Below are positions 59,022-64,000 of a stretch of 64,000 nt of DNA, piece by piece; position 1 is the stretch's first letter; each line of letters begins with the position of its first letter. The notes beneath the pieces are model-generated. The model did no database searches and was not told where the DNA came from. It saw only the letters and a program-made list of their open reading frames with translations. Position numbers and translations under genes: made by a program. The stretch is from positions 24,304,001-24,368,000 of the forward strand of contig NC_135808.1 in the NCBI RefSeq assembly GCF_964213995.1, given 5' to 3'. The DNA is from Mustelus asterias. Lineage: Eukaryota.

Positions 59022-61500
59022 TGTTATGAATTTAGACCAGACCCCAACTCTCTTTTTTGACTTTGACATTCGTGTGAGGATAAAGTGTTTCACTCGAGGT
59101 GTCATTCCAATGACCCACTAGGAAGCTTTTGTCAAAACAAACTTTATTTAACAGTACAGTTTAACTATAACAAAAAGAAATAGCCTCAACTTTTACCAAC
59201 TGAAATTCTTACATGTGACAAGATACAACTCTTAACTGCTGGATTATTTTGAATTGTTCCAATTTAAGCAATATTCCTCATAGACATAAACACCTCCTCA
59301 AAATCAGTCAGCAAACAGCCTTACATGTGGGTATCTGAGCTGGGTATCTCCAGCCTCCAAAACACCTCTGGAGAGAGCTATTTTCTAGAAGGTCCCAAAC
59401 TACAGTCTTTAGAGAAAGAGAGAGAGAATAATGCTTCTGGCAGATCCAGGCAGACAACTGCCTGCTTGTCTTCCTGTGAGCTTAGCTCTTCCCATCAGCA
59501 TATGACTTCCTCTTGTCAATCAACCGAATTAAACCTTACTCTGAAACCCCAGGGACAACCCCAAAAAATAAACAAAACAGCTCAGATAAAAGCAAAAAAA
59601 AACATTATCTGGGATAAATTATGCTTCTGCACTCTCAGCATGTGGGCTGCCGTTTGTGGGCAAATCGGCACTGTAATCAGAGCTGAAGTTGAAAACAATC
59701 CCTTCACAAGAAACGTGATATAGATACATTTCTTAAAGGCACAGTATCCTCACACCTCCCCCTTAAAAAACAGCAATAAAAAATGGCTTCATTTTTCAAA
59801 ACTTCAAGTTTCACACGATTAGTACTACATATATATATATATAAAATATACACATTCTAGTAAATCTATGCATGCAAGTATAATAGTTCTATTCTCCAGT
59901 ACAGTCATTCTCTTCCAACATTGAATATTCCTTCCTCTTTCATGAAATTGTTGATGAAGCATCAGCAATCACATTCTCACTTTCTGCCACATTGTAATTC
60001 TCATATAAAATGGCTGTAATAATAAACTCCATCTAAAGAGCCTTTCACTTTGATCTCTAAATTTCTCCAGAGACGTCAATGGATTATGATCAGTGTAAAT
60101 AACTGTCTCAGATGAATTGCTGACAACAGAAACGTTAAAATGTTGCAATGCCAACACCAAACTCAATGTTTCTTTTCTCAATGGTTGAATCTCTTTTGAT
60201 GGTTATTTAGTTTTCCAGAAAAAAGTACCCAATTGGTCTTTATATCCTTTTGTCATCTTCTTGTAATAGAACAGCTACATCACTCGCATCAATGGCCATG
60301 TTGAATGGTTTTGCATAATTTGTTCTTGCCAACACAGGTGCAGTGGTTAACACGTTATTCAGGCTGCCAAATGCCCTCTGACATTCACCGTCCACTGAAA
60401 TTTTGCATGTTTTTTCAGCAAGTCAGTCAGTGCAGCAACCATAATGCAAATGTTTGGCACAAAATTCCGATAAAAACCATCCAGGTCCAAGAATGCAGTA
60501 CTTCACTTTTCACCGGCAGTATTGGGCACTCCCCAATAACCTTTGTTTTCACCGACCGTAGGGCCTTCCATCCATGTCTAATTGTATGGACGATGAATGT
60601 GACTTTGGCTTTTGTAAACTCGTTCTTAGCCAAGTTTACCACCAAGCCTGCATCCTGAAGCCAATTGAACAATTCCGCTCGGTGCTCCAAATGTTACTTC
60701 CACGTCTGACTGAAAACCACCGGATTCTTTATGTACACAGCACAATTAGGTAGTCCAGAAATGACCTTATTAGTTAATGTTTGAAATGTGGCTCATGCAT
60801 TTTTCATTTCAAATGGCATGATTTTAAACTGGTATTGACCAATTTTTGTCATGAAAGCCAAAATCTCCTTTGCCCTTTCGGATAAAGGTACCCGCCAGTA
60901 TCCTTTTAGTAAGTCAAGTTTGGAAATAAAAGTCACTTGTCCCACCTTCTGAATGCAGTCTCCCAAGAAAGGAATGGGATATGAATCTTATTTTGTAACT
61001 GCATTAACTTTCCTATAGTCCACACAGAATTGTTGGGTGTCATCTCATTTTGGAACCATCACTACGGGTGAGCTGCACTCGCTCCAACTCACTTCAATGA
61101 TGTAATTTTTAAATATGCTTTCAATCTCCTTTTGAACCTATGCCAACTTTAGAGGGTTAAGCCTGTACAGATATTGCTTAATTGGAACAGCATTTCTTAC
61201 ATCTACGTTGTGCATAATTATTTTAGTCCTTCCCAGTTTATTCCCACATATCTCTCCATGTGGTTGTAATAACTCTTTCAGGCCATTTTGATTTTCCTCC
61301 AGAAGGTAACTCAATCGTTTATTTCAATTTCCAATTACTTCCACATTATCCAATCTAATTTGAATAATGTCAAATGCAGGATCATCTGGACTTATTTCTT
61401 CACTCTGCTTTGTCATAACTAATGCATCCTCCTTCTGCTTTCCTTCCCGATCAAAATATTGCTTGAGTATATTCTCAGGAAACACTCTGAGATTTCCTTC
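59022..61500 (-). mobile_element. Gmr1-like Gypsy retrotransposon relic (3' LTR 59022-59754, PPT, RNase H, RT, integrase C-terminus)
   Basis: TG...CA-bounded 733-bp LTR; PPT ttttaagggggagg at 59755-59768; RNase H KETLSLVLALQHF...IYTDHNPL...RWSLLLQ; RT SKLDLLKGYW and MPF motifs; NILKQYFDRE at about 61445-61472. Confidence 0.8.
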
Positions 61501-61519
61501 TACCCAACGTTCTTGTCAA

Positions 61520-64000
61520 ATAATTCTTCACAGGGACTATCAAGCAGCACCTGCTTAATGATAACCTGCTCAGTGACGCCCAGTTTGGGTTTCACCAGGG
61601 TCACTCAGCTCCTGACCTCATTACAGCCTTGGTTCAAACAGGGACAAAAGAGCTGAATTCCAGATGTGAGGTGAGAGTGACAGCCCTTGATATCAAGGCC
61701 ATATTCGGCCAAGTGTGGCATCAAGGAGCTCGAGCAAAACTGAAATCAATGGGTATCAGGTGGCAAACTCTACGCTGGTTGGAGTCATACCTGGCACATA
61801 GGAATGTGATTGTGGAGGGTCAGTCATCTCAGCTCCAGGACATCTGTGCAGGAATGGACAATGGGGAACCTGTGGATGTGGTGTATCTGGATTTCCAGAA
61901 GGCATTTGACAAGGTGACCCACCAAAGACTGCTACACAAGATAAAGGTGCACGGTATTACAGGTAATGTCCTAGCATAGATATAGGATTGGTTAACTAAC
62001 AGAAAGCAAAGAGTGGGGGAAAATGGGTGTTTTTCTGGTTGTCGATCAGTGATTAGTGGTGTGCCTCATGGATCAGTGTTGGGACCACAATTGTTTACAA
62101 TTTACAGAGATAATTTGGAGTTGGGGACTAAGTGTAGTGTGTCAAAATTCACAGATGACACTAAGATGAGTGGCAGAGCAAAGTGTGCAGAGGACGCTGA
62201 AAGTCTGCAAAGGGATATAGATAGGCGAAGTGAGTGGGCGAGGGTCTGGCAGCTGGAAGACAATGTTGATAAATGTGAGGTCATCCATTTTGGTAGGAAT
62301 AACAGCAAAATGGACTATTATTTAAATGGTAAAAAATTGCAGCATGCTGCTGTGCAGAGGGACCTGGGTATCCTTGTGCAGAATTTCAAGGAGTTGGTTT
62401 GCAGGTGGAGCAGGTAATTAATAAGGCAAATGGAATTTTGTCCTTTATTGCTGGAGGGATGGAGTTGAAAAATAGCGAGGTTATGTTGTAGCTGTATAAG
62501 GTGCTGGTGAGGCCACACCTGGAGTACTGTGTACAGTTTTGGTCTCCTTACTTGAGAAAGGATATACTGGCACGGGAGGGGTTGCAGAGGAGATTCACTA
62601 GGGTTGATTCCAGAGTTGAGAGGGTTGGCTTTTGAGCAGAGACTGAGTAGACTGGGGCTATACTCATTGGAATTCAGAAGAATGAGGGGAGATCTTATGG
62701 AAACATACAAGATTATGAAGGGAATAGATAAGATAGAAGCAGGGAAGTTTTTTCCATTGGCTGGTGAAATTAAAACGAGGGGGCATGGCCTCAAAATAAG
62801 GGGAAGCAGATTTAGGACTGAATTGAGGAGGAACTTCTTCACACAATGGGTTTGAATCTGTGGAATTCCCTGCCCAGTTGAGGCTACCTCATTGAATGTT
62901 TTTAAGGCAAGGATAAATAAGTTTTTGAACAGTAAAGGAATTAAGGGTTATGGTGAGCAGGCGGCTAAGTGGAGGTGAGTCCATGAGAAGATCACCCATG
63001 ATCTTATTGAATGGCAGAGCAGGCTCGAGGGGCCAGATGCCTACTCCTGCTCCTGGTTCTTATGTTCTTATGAATCCCTTAGGGTAGTGTCGTCAGCCCA
63101 ACCATCTTCAACTGCTTCATCAATGATCTTCCCCCCATCATAAGGTCGGAAGTGGGGATGTTTGCTGATGATTCCACAATTTTCAGCACCACTCATGACT
63201 CCACATATACTGAAACAGTCCATGTTCAAATGCAACAAGATCTAGATAATATCCAAGCTTGGGCTGACAAGTGGCAAGTAACATTCGAGCAACACAAATG
63301 CCAGGCAATGATCATCATGAATACGAGACACTCTAACAACCACCCCTTGACATTCAATGGTGTTACCATTACTGAATCCCCCACTGTCAACATCCTTGGG
63401 GTTACTCTTGACCAGAAACTCAACTGGACTCGCCACATAAACACAAGAGCCGGTGAGAGGCTGGGAATACTGTGACGAGTAACTCACCTCTTGATTCCTC
63501 AAAGTCTGTCCGCCATCTACAAGGCAGAAATCAGGAGTATGATGGAATACTCCCCACTTGCCTGGATGGGATGAGGTCCAGCAAGACTCAAGAAGCTTGA
63601 CACCATCCTGGACAGAGCAGCCCGCTTGATTCGTACCATATCCACAAACATCCACTCCCTCCACCACTGACGCTCAATAGCAATAGTGTGTACTATCTAC
63701 AAGATGCACTGTAACAATTCACCAAATATTCTTGACAGCACCTTCCAAACCCACAACCACTTCCATCTCGAAGGACAAGGGCAGCAGATACATGGGAACA
63801 CCACCACCTGCAGGTTCCCCTCCAAGCTACTCACCATGGTGACTTGGAAATGTATCGCCATTCCTTCACAGTCGCTGCGTCAAAATCCTGGAATTGCTTC
63901 CCTAATGGCATTGTGGGTCAACCTACAGCACATAGACTGCAGCGATTCAAGAAGGCAGCTCACTATCACCTTCTCAAGGGCAACTAGGTATGGGCAATAA
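61520..64000 (+). mobile_element. L2/CR1-group LINE RT fragment (61520-61852 and 63073-64000) interrupted by a CR1
   Basis: QFGF, ALDIKAIF, LRWLESYL; resumes with gggtagtgtcgtcagccc, MFADDSTIF, WADKWQVTF. Confidence 0.8.
61853..63072 (+). mobile_element. CR1 LINE 3' fragment nested in the L2-like element
   Basis: VDVVYLDFQKAFDKV, GVPHGSVLGPQLF, KFTDDTK; tail cctactcctgctcctggttcttatgttcttatg. Confidence 0.9.

Overview
Eukaryotic, repeat-dense DNA from a cartilaginous fish (shark-type CR1/HER1 LINEs, HE1 V-SINEs, Rex/Babar, Tx1, Penelope and Gypsy relics). The taxon is inferred from repeat and gene style only. Three host genes all lie on the minus strand. (1) An intact single-coding-exon muscarinic M2-like receptor (11434-12843) with unusual substitutions in the orthosteric pocket and activation connector. 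(2) A two-exon GPR139/142-like GPCR pseudogene (15462-19860) broken by frameshifts, a stop codon and a young CR1 insertion in TM5. (3) A non-classical MHC class I heavy-chain gene (alpha1, alpha2, alpha3 and TM exons, 49435-58945; leader exon not found in the window). All eight canonical peptide-terminus anchor residues are replaced, mostly by hydrophobic ones, and the N86 glycan is lost. Non-coding highlights are Penelope-derived fold-back elements carrying minimal hammerhead-ribozyme motifs (one 303-bp hairpin with two back-to-back ribozymes and a 14-bp target-site duplication), a Gmr1-type Gypsy element with integrase upstream of RT, a Tx1 fragment with a 15-bp TSD, several minisatellites, local duplications around the MHC TM exon and a CCAAT array in an MHC intron. 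All calls were made by eye; repeat boundaries are approximate unless TSDs or splice sites are quoted.
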